NCBI GenBank assembly: GCA_033442325.1
Contig: JAWQFM010000011.1
Coordinates: forward strand, 1,587,578 to 1,651,577
Direction: 5' to 3'
Source: Salpingoeca rosetta
Lineage: Eukaryota; Protista; Choanoflagellata
Length of the DNA: 64,000 nt
Shown: positions 38,552 through 56,275 of the stretch, piece by piece
Layout: the number at the start of each line of letters is the position of its first letter
Position numbering within the stretch: the stretch's first letter is position 1
The notes under the pieces: model-generated
Database searches by the model: none
What the model saw: the letters and a program-made list of their open reading frames with translations, nothing else
Told to the model about the DNA's origin: nothing
Made by a program: the position numbers and the translations under genes

Positions 38552-39555
38552 TTACTCGGACGTCTCCTCCTGGTAGACGATGAAGCCCGGGACGATGGCA
38601 GTGAGGGCGCTGACGGTGCAGAGAACCATGCCTGCGCGGGCGGCGTCGCGGGCACTGCCGGTCACAGAGCCGGAGATGGTCAGACCGCTGGAGAGGGCGA
38701 AGATGGAGAAGAAGCCGAGGTAGGCAAGGAGGAAGCCGGCAACNNNNNNNNNNNNNNNNNNNNNNNNNNNNNNNNNNNNNNNNNNNNNNNNNNNNNNNNN
38801 NNNNNNNNNNNNNNNNNNNNNNNNNNNNNNNNNNNNNNNNNNNNNNNNNNNNNNNNNNNNNNNNNNNNNNNNNNNNNNNNNNNNNNNNNNNNNNNNNNNN
38901 NNNNNNNNNNTTGATAATCTTGCCGCTGTCAGTGATGTTCATGCGGGCAGAGGCGCTGACAAGGCTGAGAACCATGCCAGAAATGGCCAGCAGACCGCCA
39001 GAGAAGGCCTGGGGGAAAGCTGATCGCGGAGCTGTAGCAGGAGGAGGTAGGCGCGCATGAAGTGTGATGCGAGACGTGAGTGAGATCTCGTTTGAAGTGA
39101 AAGGATATGATGGTCAAAATGGTGAAGAAGTCATCGCATGCACCTCCACGTGCACAACGACAGGGCGGAGCAGCAGCAGTGCGGGCAGCGGCGATGCGAG
39201 CGAAGCACAGTGCAGGAGTGGTGCAGGCCTTTGGGGCACGTACGAGGTTGAGGACGGAGAAAGCGGTGGGGATGCCGGCAGGATTGCCGTTGCCAGTGAA
39301 GAAGCTGGCAAAGATAGCGTAGGCGGCGATGATCATGGCGTTGTGCTTGGCGGCGGCCTCGAGCTTGATGACAGCGAAGATACAAAGAGCACCAAGCAGC
39401 CAGAGCACGAAGATGTAGTAGTTGATGGCGGCCTCTGAGTCCATGGGGAGTCCCAGGTCCGCGTACAGGTTCCACAGCAGGCAGGAGCCGATGAACATGA
39501 AAGCAAAGCCAATTGCAGCGCCAATCAGGCGCGGCCTCTGAACACCGTCGAGCAT
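38552..39555 (-). CDS. Unknown ~8-TM membrane protein, paralogue B (167-N gap inside; 1-bp indel near 39011)
   Basis: MLDGVQRPRLIGAAIGFAFMFIGSCLLW... to ...YQEETSE*; same exon structure as the other copies. Confidence 0.75.
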
Positions 39556-40026
39556 CTTGAGGGTAAGCTGGGAGACGGGAAGATGATAGGTTAAAACAAG
39601 TACCAGGGTCCACTGGTTGTTGAGAACGAGAGGAAAATGGTGTTTTGCACAAGGGTCAGTACGCATGCATGTGCGTGAGTGCGCGTGCTGAGTTGTTGTG
39701 TGCTGAGTTGTTGTGCACTACAACAAAAGGGGGGCGTGGCGTGCGGATAACAAATTAATGATGTCATCGAAACAACGTTGTTTTGGTTGCAGTGTTCTGG
39801 CCGATGAAATTCACCCAGCCACTCGTGCACGTGTCAAGCGTTCATTGTCACACTGTTGCTTTCTTGCCTTGATTGCCTTCGTTGGGAATGGTGTACGATG
39901 TCGATGAGTAAACCGACACACAAACACACATACACACACACACACACACAGATAAACACACAGATGCACAAACACAAACACATGCACACACATCGACACA
40001 CACACAATGTGTGACCATATCCCCCG

Positions 40027-40422
40027 TCATTTCTTCTTGCCCTGCATCATCATGGCCAAGAAGTCTGCGTTGGACTTGGGTTTGGGGGCAGCAGCAGCAG
40101 TAGCAGCAGTATCACCAGCTGTCGTTGTCGTTGTCGAGGTGGCGCCCTCAGCAGACGTTGCTGAAGTTGTAGTCGCAGTCGCAGGGGTGGGTGTAGCGCG
40201 GGTGCCCGAGGCGCTGGATGTCATGAGCGTCATGCGTCCGCCACGCCCGCGCCCTTGCTTCCGGCTGCGAGCACAGGAGCGAAAAACGACAACAAGAGGG
40301 AGGGGGAGGGGAAGGAGAGGCTGAACGTGCGCGCGTGTGTGTGCGTGCTGTGCATATGGTGTGTGTATGTGTGTGTGTGTGTGTGTGGACACATGTGTAC
40401 GTGTGTGCGTGTGTGTGTGTGT

Positions 40423-40476
<54 letters not shown>

Positions 40477-40980
40477 ACATGTGTGCGTGTGCGTGTGTGT
40501 GTGTGTGCAAGAAGGTGCGACAAACTCAAGGTGGGGCGCTGCCGTGTTGGCCTTACCTTGCACGAAGTGCACGGGGCTGCATGCCTCCCATGGCTGTGGC
40601 TGCACCTTGTCCCCTGTGATCGCGTTGTGGCGGTCCACGCTCGCCCTCTCCTGCATGCCCTTTGGACGGCGGGTTGGACAGTGCAACTTGCAGCTGGCGG
40701 CCTGTGGCAGTGGTGGCGGTGGTGATGATGATGATGGTGGTGGTGGTGGTGGTGAGGTGGCAGTGGTGGTAGGGTGGTGGTGGTGGTGGTTATCATACAT
40801 ACAGACACACAAGGGGATCGACTGACGCAGGGAGAGGGAGGTGTGCGAACGCCAAACGCATGTGCAGATACACACACACACATGTCCACACGCATACCTT
40901 TGAACTCTGCCTTGTCAAGGTTCATGATGGCTGTGGCGGCGTCACGGCTCGCCTCAAACTGCAGAACGAGGCCGCGAGCA

Positions 40981-41066
<86 letters not shown>

Positions 41067-41127
41067 CACACGCACACACACGCACACGCACACACAGAGA
41101 CAGGCACACACACACGCACACACACAG

Positions 41128-41161
<34 letters not shown>

Positions 41162-41941
41162 CGAATGTGAGGTGATGAGATCATCGATATATTGTAGAAG
41201 GGTTCGCTGGCACGTTGGCACATGTTGCTGTGTTTGCAGGCAAGTCAGCTGCACGTGTGTGCTCGCGCGCTCACCTCAACATATGCAAATCCGCGCGGTT
41301 TGCCTGCCAGCGTCGTCACCATGCGCACCTCCTTCACTGCACCGTACTGGTGGTGATGGAAGAGGGGTGCGGGTGCAGAATGAGGGGATGGTGGGGGAGG
41401 GAGCGAGGTGCATGTACATAGTCACGAAGAGATGCACAGTCACACAGGCAGGCATGCAGGCAGACAGACACACAGACACAGACACACAGACACACAGGCA
41501 CACAGACACACAGACACACAGACAGGCACACACTGCGCCAACCCGCGCCAAGGAAGGCGCACCTGTTCAAAGAGGGTGCGCACGTCCTGCTCTGTACAGG
41601 AGTGGTCGAGACGCTTGACAAAGACGGTGCGCGGGTCAAATCCCGTCTGGTGTTTGGGCCGCAGGGCCGTCTTGCTGCGGTCAACACTGCACGGGTGGTG
41701 AGAATGGTGGTGGTGGTGGTGGTGGCAGTGATGGTGGCGAGAATGGTGGTGGTGGTGAGAATGATGGCTGTGGTTGAGGGGTGGACGTTGCGGGATCAAT
41801 CCATGACACCATCAACGGGAATCAAACGGACAAGAAAGTCAGGACAGCCGCGCAATGATGAAAGGCGCGCTTCAAACACGTGCATCACCATCACCATCAT
41901 CACTACCACCACCATTATCATCAACCACCACCATGACCATT

Positions 41942-41978
<37 letters not shown>

Positions 41979-42376
41979 CCATCATCATCATCAGCACGGA
42001 CCATGGGTCAACGAGCACAGGACGACCGTTCATGAACTGCCGGTCTTTGCTCAGCGCAAACGCGAGTGACGATTTCTGCAACAACAAGACGCAGCAAAGC
42101 GCACATGTACATGTAGGATAACGCCCGGGGCGGGGGGGGGGAGGAGGAGGTTGACATGGTCATTAAGCCGTGTGCTGTTCGGAAATGGGGTGTATGTCCA
42201 TGTGTACACGTGTGTGTGTGTCTCAGCAGATTCAGCAGGCAGAAAGGCAGCAAGTGTGCATGCGTGCGATGATCACCTCTTCAAATTCGATGTAGGCAAA
42301 TCCTTTCGATTGGCCAGACGGCTTGCGCACGAGACGAATGTCCCGGATGGCCCCGCACTGCACAGCACAATCACGA

Positions 42377-42418
<42 letters not shown>

Positions 42419-42444
42419 ACACACACACACAGACACAGACACAG

Positions 42445-42478
<34 letters not shown>

Positions 42479-45400
42479 ACACAGGAGGAAGAGGGCGAAT
42501 GCGGTTGAGCTGGTGGGCGATGGACATGGCGGAGGTGCAAAGGGAACGAAGAATAGGGAGGACCAATCAACCAAACAGCCAATCAACCAGCAGACCAAAT
42601 GAGCCAACAAGCAAGCAACCGTCAAAAACACAAACCAAGCACGGAACCGCAGCGACTGATATCAGTACGCAATGCTCTTTGTTGCGCAACCCACGTCTTT
42701 GAAGAACATTTGCAGCATGTCTTCGTCCACCTGCGACGACCAGAGCGAAGCACGTGAGCAGCAATCTTTGGGTTGAAACAACCACTGCGCAACAGAAACG
42801 ACACACACACACACACACGCACACACACACACGCGCACACACACACACACACACACACACCAGAAGAATCAGTACTCAACAGACCTCCCACTCCCCCATC
42901 TCGAATACGCACGGCAAAGTCGAGGTTCTTGACGAAGACGGTTCGTTGCGCTGCCTCCACATCAAACCCGCGCCGCTCACCATCACCATCACCATGACCA
43001 CCGTAGTTGTCACCGTCATGGTGCCCGTGTGCCGACGCTGGTGCCTGGCTATCCATCTTTGCGCGCTTCATCGATGGCCCGGCCCCCGTGTCATCATCAC
43101 CGGCTCTCGTCCCTGGTGCTGATGCTGACGATGACGCATCGTGTTTGGTGCGCGCGTGCGCGGCGTTGTGCCTGCTCGCATCGTCTGCTGGTGTTGCGCC
43201 ACCTCGCTCCTCTTGTCGCCGCTTCCCTCGCGGTTTGTCCTTCTCCCTCTGCTGTTTCCGCTTGTTCTGCTGTTGCGCTGCCGGTGCCTTCTTTCCCCGC
43301 TTGCTCTCGGCCTATACGCAGTCGTGGCCGCGTGTGTCGTGGGACGCCAAAACCAAGCAGCGGGAGCAGCATGAGTAGGACACACGCACACGTACAAAGG
43401 CGGAAACACACACAGACACACACGTACACACGCACGCACACTCACTCACACACACCCACACGTACACGCACCCACACGTACACACACGCACACACACACA
43501 CACGCACACACACACACACGTACACACACACACACGTACACACACGCACACACACACACGTACACGCACCCACACGTACACACACCCACACGTACACACA
43601 CGCACCCACGCACGCACACACACGCACGCACACACACACTTCACTGTGCGGACCTTTGCGCGGGCAGCGGCTGCGAGTTGAAGGGCCTGGTAGCAGCGCC
43701 TCGCCGCATCGTCCACATCAGCAAGGCTGCCATTCTCCTCCTCAAAGCGCGTGTATGTGTCCACGATGGCCTCGGGCTGGTCGCGCACAAACTGCACGGC
43801 GCGCCGCAGCACGGCACGCGCGCTGTCGATGCCACTGGAGATGCGCTCAAAGTGGAAGAAGGGCAGCCAAGTCGCAAGCTGGCGTGGCGGTGGTGAAATT
43901 TGGAAGGGGTCGTGTTGGGAAGAAGAAGGAGAATCAGTACGGCGAACTTGTATCTGTCTGTGTGTGTGTGTGTGTGCCTGTGTGTTTGTGACATCAACAC
44001 CTTCAACGCACGGACACACATAGAGTCACACAGGTTCCCAGACAACGCCCGGCCCCTCCTCATCGCATGATGGGAGCACCTGCTTGCCGAATGAACCCGT
44101 GCGCACGAGGTCCTCCATGACTTCGCGTGCGCGCGTCAGATTGTCAAAGCGAAGCGCCTCTGTCTTCGCCTGGTGGGGTGGATGTGAGGGGAGGGATGGG
44201 GTGAGTGCGGTCGGAACAATGAGGCATGGCATGAATGGCATGGTCACATGTGTTAAACAGGCAAACGTGAGAGCACAACTACAAGGTATTGCATACACAG
44301 AGACAGACAAGACAACAGACAAGACAGACACACAGACAGACGTACACAACCATGTACACAGACACGTACACAGACACACGTGCACAGACTCAGACACACC
44401 TCATAAAGGCAGAGGGAAGCGTATCCTGGTGTCTCCTTGCTGAGATACTGCTCGGTGTACTCCTTTGCTCCGCCAACGGTGAGCCGCCACGTTTCGAGCG
44501 CGTCCTCCCCCTCGTGTGTCGGCGCAACGCCTTCAAGCTGCGTGCGCCGAAAGCAGTACTGGCAGAACGCCAGCCACACCTGCACATAGTCGTCTGGAGA
44601 CGAGGTGGGGGGAGGAGGGAGGTGGCGTGTGAGCGCAACAAGACGTGTATGCGCGCACGTGTGTGTTGCGTTGTGTGTTTGGGTGTTCATGCATGTGTGT
44701 AAGTTTGCGTGTGCCAGTGGCTTCGTGAGCGTGTCAACAGACCAAACAACCAGGCATGTTTGCGTTTGTAACTGCGAGCCAGCACACCAGCAGCGGCAGC
44801 CCCTTCCCTTCCTTCTCATTCTCCACTCTCACTGCATCCACCTCATCTATCACTTCCACTCTCACCCCGTCCACATCAATCCATCCCCCACATCCCCCGC
44901 CTACCTGGCGCTTGAAACGGCATCTGCAGTGCCTCCTCCAATACGCCCTTCACGGTGTTGTACTCGCTTCCTCGTCGCTCCTCGTGGGCGAGCAGGTGTT
45001 TCCACAGCGCACTCGACCAGGGGCAGTTGCGCACAGCGCGTCGCGGTGCTGCTGACGACAGCGGCTGCTTCGTCGCCGCCTTGCCCGTCGTCGCCTGGGA
45101 GCAAGGAGAGGGGGGGGGGGCGTCAGTGTGAGTGAGTGCAATGACACACGTGTGTGTGTGTATGTGTGTGAGTGCAATGACACGTGTGTGTACGTGTGTG
45201 TGTACGTGTGTGTGTGTGTGTGTGTGTGCGTGCGTGTATTAGTGTGCGCTGAATGCCTTGACTGTCGATTGAGGCTCATCCCCAACAACCAATCACAATA
45301 CCCACCACCTGAAATGTTGTGCTCACCAGGTAGAGGAGGTAGTCTGCCCACAAGCCTGGGTCGAGGGGCGATGCTGTGACTGCGCGCTCATAGAGGGTTG

Positions 45401-45596
45401 CGGCGCGCTCTGCACTCGTCTTCTTCTCCTCGTCGATGTAGCGCAGATACGCAGCGCGCCGCTCGCTTGCATCCTCTGATGAAGGGAGGTTGCCGCGGAC
45501 ATGTGTGAACGAAGCAAGAGGGAGCGTGTGCACGGGAAGAGTCACACCTGATACGCATCTGTGAAAGCACACGTAAATCTGTGCGTATAGGACCTT

Positions 45597-45644
<48 letters not shown>

Positions 45645-45816
45645 CACATCTCGCGAATGGTGCGAGCAAGCAAGCAGGGCGGTGATGTTGTTTGCACCTG
45701 TTGCGAGCGTTGCCTCAAGCTCCTCGCACTTCTTTGAGCGCTCGCGTGCGGCCAGAAATCGCTTCTCCGCCTTTTCTTCCGTGTCCAGCCCTTGCGCAGT
45801 CATCCTGATGGTGTGA

Positions 45817-45857
<41 letters not shown>

Positions 45858-46862
45858 TGTGTGTGCGGCGTGTATGGTGCAAGGGTGTGCGCGCGCGCAA
45901 GTGAACGTGACGCGAGTATGTGAGTGAAGGTGAATGGGAGTGAGCGAGTGGGTAAGTGGACGAATTTCCTTGCTCCAACTGGCACTACCGCCACCACCAT
46001 CATCACTGCTACCACCGTACCATTGCAGGTACGACTGCCAGCCTGTGCCAGCGTTGCGCTGGGGAATGTTCAGGCGGCGGCGGTGCAGAGAGCTGATACG
46101 CCGCTTCTCTTCCTCGAGGCCATCGCTGTCCCCGCGGCCCTGGCGGTGGCGGTGGTGGTGGCGGTGATGGTGAGTCCAAGTGGGACGAAATTCACCTTTC
46201 TATAAACACACGCACACACAAACACAGGACAGACAGACAGACACACAGACAGACACACGCACAGCATCGCATGGACTGACTGCGAGGAATTCGAGGACGG
46301 AGACCTCAAAGAGTTCGTATTGATCAAACACGTCGCCTATCTGGGGTGTGTGCGTGTGTATGTATGTGTGTGCATGTGTGTATGTGTGTGTGTGCACGGG
46401 ACAGAAGGAGGAATGAGACAGAGCTTTGGTATGAAGAGACAAACATCGCCACGTACACGTACATACGCAGACACAAGCACCCATGCTCACCTTGTTGAAG
46501 TGCTGTGCACACGCCGCAACCGCTTGCTCACAAATGTCACGGACAAACTGAATTGTCACTGCAAGCCCGCACAATCACGCAATCACACGCACAGGAGGAT
46601 GGTGAGAGAGGGGCGATGGGCAAGCTCAGGTGATGACGCACGCACGCACTCATCCCTTTCTCCCCCTTTGCCGCTCGTCTCACCCAGTGTCTTGCTCTTC
46701 TTCTTGTCCTCCTTCACGTCCATCTCCTCATCATCGTCATCGTCGTCATCATCGCTGCTGTCATCCTCGTCATCATCGTCGTCGGGCTTGGTGCCAAACG
46801 CATTCCGCTCCTTCAAGTGCTCCGAGAAGAAGCGAATCTCCTCCACCCACAAGTCGGGGCCT

Positions 46863-46939
<77 letters not shown>

Positions 46940-47978
46940 ATGGAGGTGTAAGGGCGCGTGAATACAGGCTTCGATCGAGCCACGCCAGCAGAGGCAGAAG
47001 TGTGCGCAGCGTGATACACACACAGACACAGACAGACATACATACACACACATACGCAGCCACACAAGTGCACTCACAGAGGTAGTCGAGGTGAGCGCGG
47101 TCAAAGAGCTCCTTGAGGTACTGCAGCTGCTGGACCGAGGTGTCGATGCACTCCTCGTCTTTGATCCACCGCATCCACAGATCTGCACCAGTGCACACAC
47201 GTGTGGTTGTCATAGATGAATGCGGCAACACAGGTGCAATGAAGTGTCGTGCATGCACGCTCTCAGGCGCAAACACATCAACGGCACGTCGCACGGACCT
47301 TCGGACAGAGGGAAGTGTTTGCTGAAGCGTTCACGCGCATGCCTGCACACAGAGAAGGAGATCGAGATCGAGATCGAGATCGAGAAATAGAGCTTCAGTC
47401 TGCGTGTGCAAGGTCAACGAGAAGAAGAAGAGGAGGAGGAGGAGGAGAAGAAGAAGAAGGCGTGCATCGTGCGTCACCGCCTCATGCAGACACAGACACA
47501 GGCACAGGCACAGGCACACACGCACAGACACACAGATAGACAGACAGGCAGACAGACAGACAGACACACACAGATAGACACAGACACACACGCATGAACT
47601 TTTTTTTTTTCTTTGGACCTGAGCTTCATGAAGTTGCCCTTTGCTTTGAGACATTGGATGTATTCCAAGTGCAGTTCATATTGGTACACGTTGTGGAACA
47701 GCTGCGCATCGATCCAAGACAAAGCACACATTGCGTTCGTGAGCACTGACCGTCTCCATGACAAAGCATGCCACAAAGCATGCACCCAAAGCAAACAACA
47801 GTTCTTCTCCCTCCCTTCCCCCACACAATCTCGTGTGCATGACCCTCTATCTCCCAATCCTTCCCCACAGATATGGCTCCCCACACACCTTTGTTTCGAG
47901 GTCTGCGATGCGTGCGTCCACATCCTGTTCCTCGCCGCCACCACCGCCAGCATCGCCGCTGCCACTGCTGCTGCTCAT
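40027..47978 (-). CDS. SART3: SART3/Prp24/p110 U4/U6 recycling factor (HAT repeats, RRMs, LSm-interaction motif)
   Basis: [16 protein letters not shown]..|[13 protein letters not shown]|[20 protein letters not shown]; LYERAV..LWADYL; RFEEENGSL; RRMs [23 protein letters not shown]; C-terminal [11 protein letters not shown]. Confidence 0.93.
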
Positions 47979-48178
47979 CTCTTTTGCTTCTTTGCTTGTC
48001 GTTCGTTCGTTCGTTGTTGACTGGAGACTGAATTCAGTCGACACACATTTCTCTCTGTGCTCGTGTTTCGTGTTGCTCTCTCTCTCTCTCTCTCACGCAC
48101 ACACCTGCACACCTGCACCTCCGCATCTGCGCGCACACAGTCAACGTTTGAACGAGCAAGGAAGGAAGGAAGGGAAGG

Positions 48179-48868
48179 ATGAGGTTGAAGTTGGTGGGGC
48201 GTGTGCTGTCCACAGCAGGCGTGATGCAGAAGACGGCAAAAGTGGAGGTGATCCGATTCGTCAAACACCCTCGTGTGGAAAAGGTGAGCAACAATGAACG
48301 CTGGCTTGACTCACAACTTGTGCTTGGCGTTGCCAGTCCTCTTTCGTCGTGTCACTGCACTTGGATTTGCGTGTGTGTGTATGTATGTATGTATGTATGT
48401 ATGTGTATGTATGTGTGTGTGTATGTGTGTATGTGTATGTGCGTGTGTGTGTTTGTGTGTGTGTGAGATTCGCTTTGGTTGCTTGTGAACATAGGTTGGT
48501 TGGTGGGGTGATTGGCACTAGGTGCACACACACACACACACACAAGCACGCACACATGCACACACACACACACACACACACACAACCGCATAAATTGTCA
48601 CGACACCCCTCTCTGACACTCCCTCACACTCGCTCACACTGTTTGTTTCTGCTTACGCTGCAATTGGCAGATGGTGCGACAGAGGAAGGTGTACATGGTG
48701 CACGACGAGTCAAACAGTCGGATGCCCGGCGACGTTGTGCGTATTGAGGAGTGCCGTCCATTGAGCAAGCGGAAACGGTTCACCATCACAGACATTCTCC
48801 GCGAGGAGCAGCGGCTATTCAACCCCATCACCAACCGCACAGAGACCAAGTACAGCCCGCCCGCGTGA
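48179..48868 (+). CDS. MRPS17: Mitochondrial ribosomal protein uS17, 2 exons
   Basis: LVGRVLSTAGVMQKTAKVEV..HPRVEK|MVRQRKVYMVHDESN..GDVVRIEECRPLSKRKRF; a bacterial-type S17 in a nuclear intron-containing gene. Confidence 0.9.
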
Positions 48869-48938
48869 TGGGCGCTCACGTTGCGCGTCGCCATTGCCAT
48901 TGCTGCTGTCTAGGTGTCGAGAAAGAGGGAGAGTGTGT

Positions 48939-49027
<89 letters not shown>

Positions 49028-49616
49028 TAACCGGCGTGCCGTTCGTGCTGTCATGGCAGGCATGTTATCTTGTGCGTTCAATGTGCATCTTGGGAGAGGC
49101 CTGTCTGTATTGTGGATGTGGGCATTGTTGTTTTGCTTGCTGTTGCTCCTTGCCGGTTTGTTGTGGTGCATTGATTGAAACACCACGAGTACAGACACAA
49201 CGTGCAAGACACATCAACACCAATGACAGCCCCACCAGCTTGGCGCATACGTTCACCCCCTGTTTTGTAGAGATCGGGGGGGGGGGGGGGAGGAAAGGCC
49301 TCCAGACAACACCACCAACAACGAGCACGACAGAGAGCACAACAGTGGACACACGTGCACGACAACACAACAGAGGGGGTGGGGGTGGGGCAAAAAGCAA
49401 AGGCGAAACACACACACGCACACACACACACACACCGGACAAACAACAACCAAACAGCTGCTCTTACTGGTAGGGAAGCAATAGGGCAGGACGGGGCATG
49501 GAGAATGCGCGGGAATTGAAGCGAGAGCAAGCACAGATATAACAAGGACACAGGCTTGCATGCCCAATGTACAAGGTAGGAGGAGGAGAGGGAGGTGGGA
49601 GAGGAGGAGGAAGTGG

Positions 49617-50281
49617 TTACTCTTCCATGGCCTGTGTTGTTTTCGCCTTGATGCGCGCAGCGGCAATCTTCTTCGCAACTGTTGTGTTGATGTGATGTCA
49701 GGGATGGGGTGCGTGAGGGTGAGGATATGAGCGAAGGGGGGCGGGCCGGCGAGAGGTGATGGGAGGATGATGGGATTCCGTCAACACAACACACACAGAC
49801 ACACACAGACACAGACACACAGACACACAGACACACACACACACGCATAAAGCAGCAATACACAAAGATAGACAGTGTGCGCACGTGTTGGAGTCTTGAG
49901 GAGGTCGATGTTCTTCTCGACGTGTTTGCGGTCCCGCTCCAGCTGCTTCGTGCGGCCCGCACGCAATCTGGCGCGCAGATAACGAGCAAGTGCGTGGAGA
50001 TGGAGATTTTTTTTTTTTTGGTGAGGCAACGATGATAGTGGTAAGGCACCAGGGCGAGCCACGCGGCAAGCCTGCAAGCCATTCATAGGCAAACGCAGAG
50101 GACGCGCAAATTGCGCTTCTTGCAAATGCACAAGCGCGTGGGGCGTAGAGTAGAAGCGAGACGCACCTGTTCTTGATGTATTGTGCCTCGCGCCGCTCGC
50201 GAATGACGGCAATCTTCTTCATCGCGCGAACTGCAAGCGCAGGGGGGGGGGGAGACAAACACACATACACGCACACGCACG

Positions 50282-50370
<89 letters not shown>

Positions 50371-50679
50371 ACGCGCACACAACAGACAAAACACCATGCA
50401 GATTCATAGCGTGCGCGTGTGAGAGGGTAGACGCGTGTGAACAACATCTTTGTTCAACAGCAATGATCCACAGTGACACGCAAGCATTGACAAGGCCACG
50501 TACTCGTCTTCTGCCAGAGCTCGCGGTTGTACTTGACAGGCACGTTGCGTCTCTTTTCAAACTCATACACTGTGTCCTGTGAGGCAGACAGCGTCCAAAG
50601 ACATCACAGAGGAGATCGGGTGAGGGTGGTGAGGGTGGCAAGAGGTCAGGTGGTAAAGAGATGCAGCGATGTCACATAT

Positions 50680-50744
<65 letters not shown>

Positions 50745-51115
50745 GGGTGGGGTGGCGTCAAACACAGACAAATGTGTGATTGTGGCGCCATGTCACCACC
50801 ACCACCACCACCCAACACGAACATGTCAACAGATGAATGGAAGAGGAGACAACGCCACAGACTGGCAAAGAGAACACGCCACAGACTATTGAAGCGATGA
50901 CTGCGGGAGATGTCACGTACCACGGTGAGCTCCTTGCCCGCGGCCTTACGGAAGGCCTTTGTCCATTTGACCTTGCGCGGGTTGCGCTTCTTCTTGAACG
51001 CCTTGTGGCATTTGCCGCGGCAGAACTTGAAGATCTTGCAGTCGTTGCGCACAAACTGGATGCCGTGACCAGGGTAGATGGTCGACGAGCAGAAGAAGCA
51101 CTTCTCCAAACGCAT
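49617..51115 (-). CDS. RSL24D1: Ribosome biogenesis protein RLP24, 5 exons
   Basis: [65 protein letters not shown]|[21 protein letters not shown]... Confidence 0.96.
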
Positions 51116-51554
51116 CCTCGTTTGTGTGTTTGTTGGGTGGGCTGTGCGACAACAAGCACCGACGCAACAGCACGTACACACGCGCGTGTGTATGTGAGTG
51201 TATGTGAGTAAGAGCAGTGAGGACACAAGAAGCAATCACGGTACAGTCGAGAGGGTCAGGCAGGAACACAATCAAGCGAGGGATTGTAACCACCACAGCC
51301 ACAAACCACAAGCTTCCACAAGCCACAAGCACAAGCCACAACAAACACAAGCTTCTTCCACACACGTGCTGGCTGGCGAAGGAATCAAAGCAGCCAAGAA
51401 AATGCGTTTTGTGGTGTTGTATAGTTAACGACTGATTTCAGTTTCTGTGGCGCCGTTCACTGCCACTGCTGTTGTCCTGCACGCCACCGCTCGGTGCATC
51501 GGAAGCAGGAGCATCTCACATCACGTCCAGACGTCCGTCGTGCAGCAGTTGGAG

Positions 51555-55835
<4,281 letters not shown>

Positions 55836-56275
55836 CGTTGGCATGCCACTGTACCCACTATGAGCGTGTCACCACCTGTTTCTTCTAATTCTCGCTCTTG
55901 GGGTTGGGGTTTTGTTTTTGTTCTTCTGCGAGTTATGTCCTCCTCAGGTTTGTTAGATGATGAGCCAGCCAGCCGTGATGGCGTGATGGCTTGGTGGCCC
56001 AGTGCTTGAGTGTCGATACAATGGGGTAGCGGGGGTGGGGTTTACTTCAGGTTTACACTGCAAGACAGGCAGCACATGAAAGAACAGTGGAACACAATAG
56101 AAACAGGAATGACTAGGTACACCGGCAGACAAGCAAACAAACAATGAAACAACAAAAACAACACGCACATACATACAGACAGACAGACACTCACTCACTC
56201 ACTCACTCACACACACACATTCACTCACACACACACAGACACACACTCAAAGAGACAGATCAGACTCAGGCGGGG

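Noticed and set aside
49617-51115. Intronic snoRNAs in RSL24D1 or other RNA-processing genes
   Set aside because: No properly spaced C/D or H/ACA box pair with terminal stem recognised by eye.
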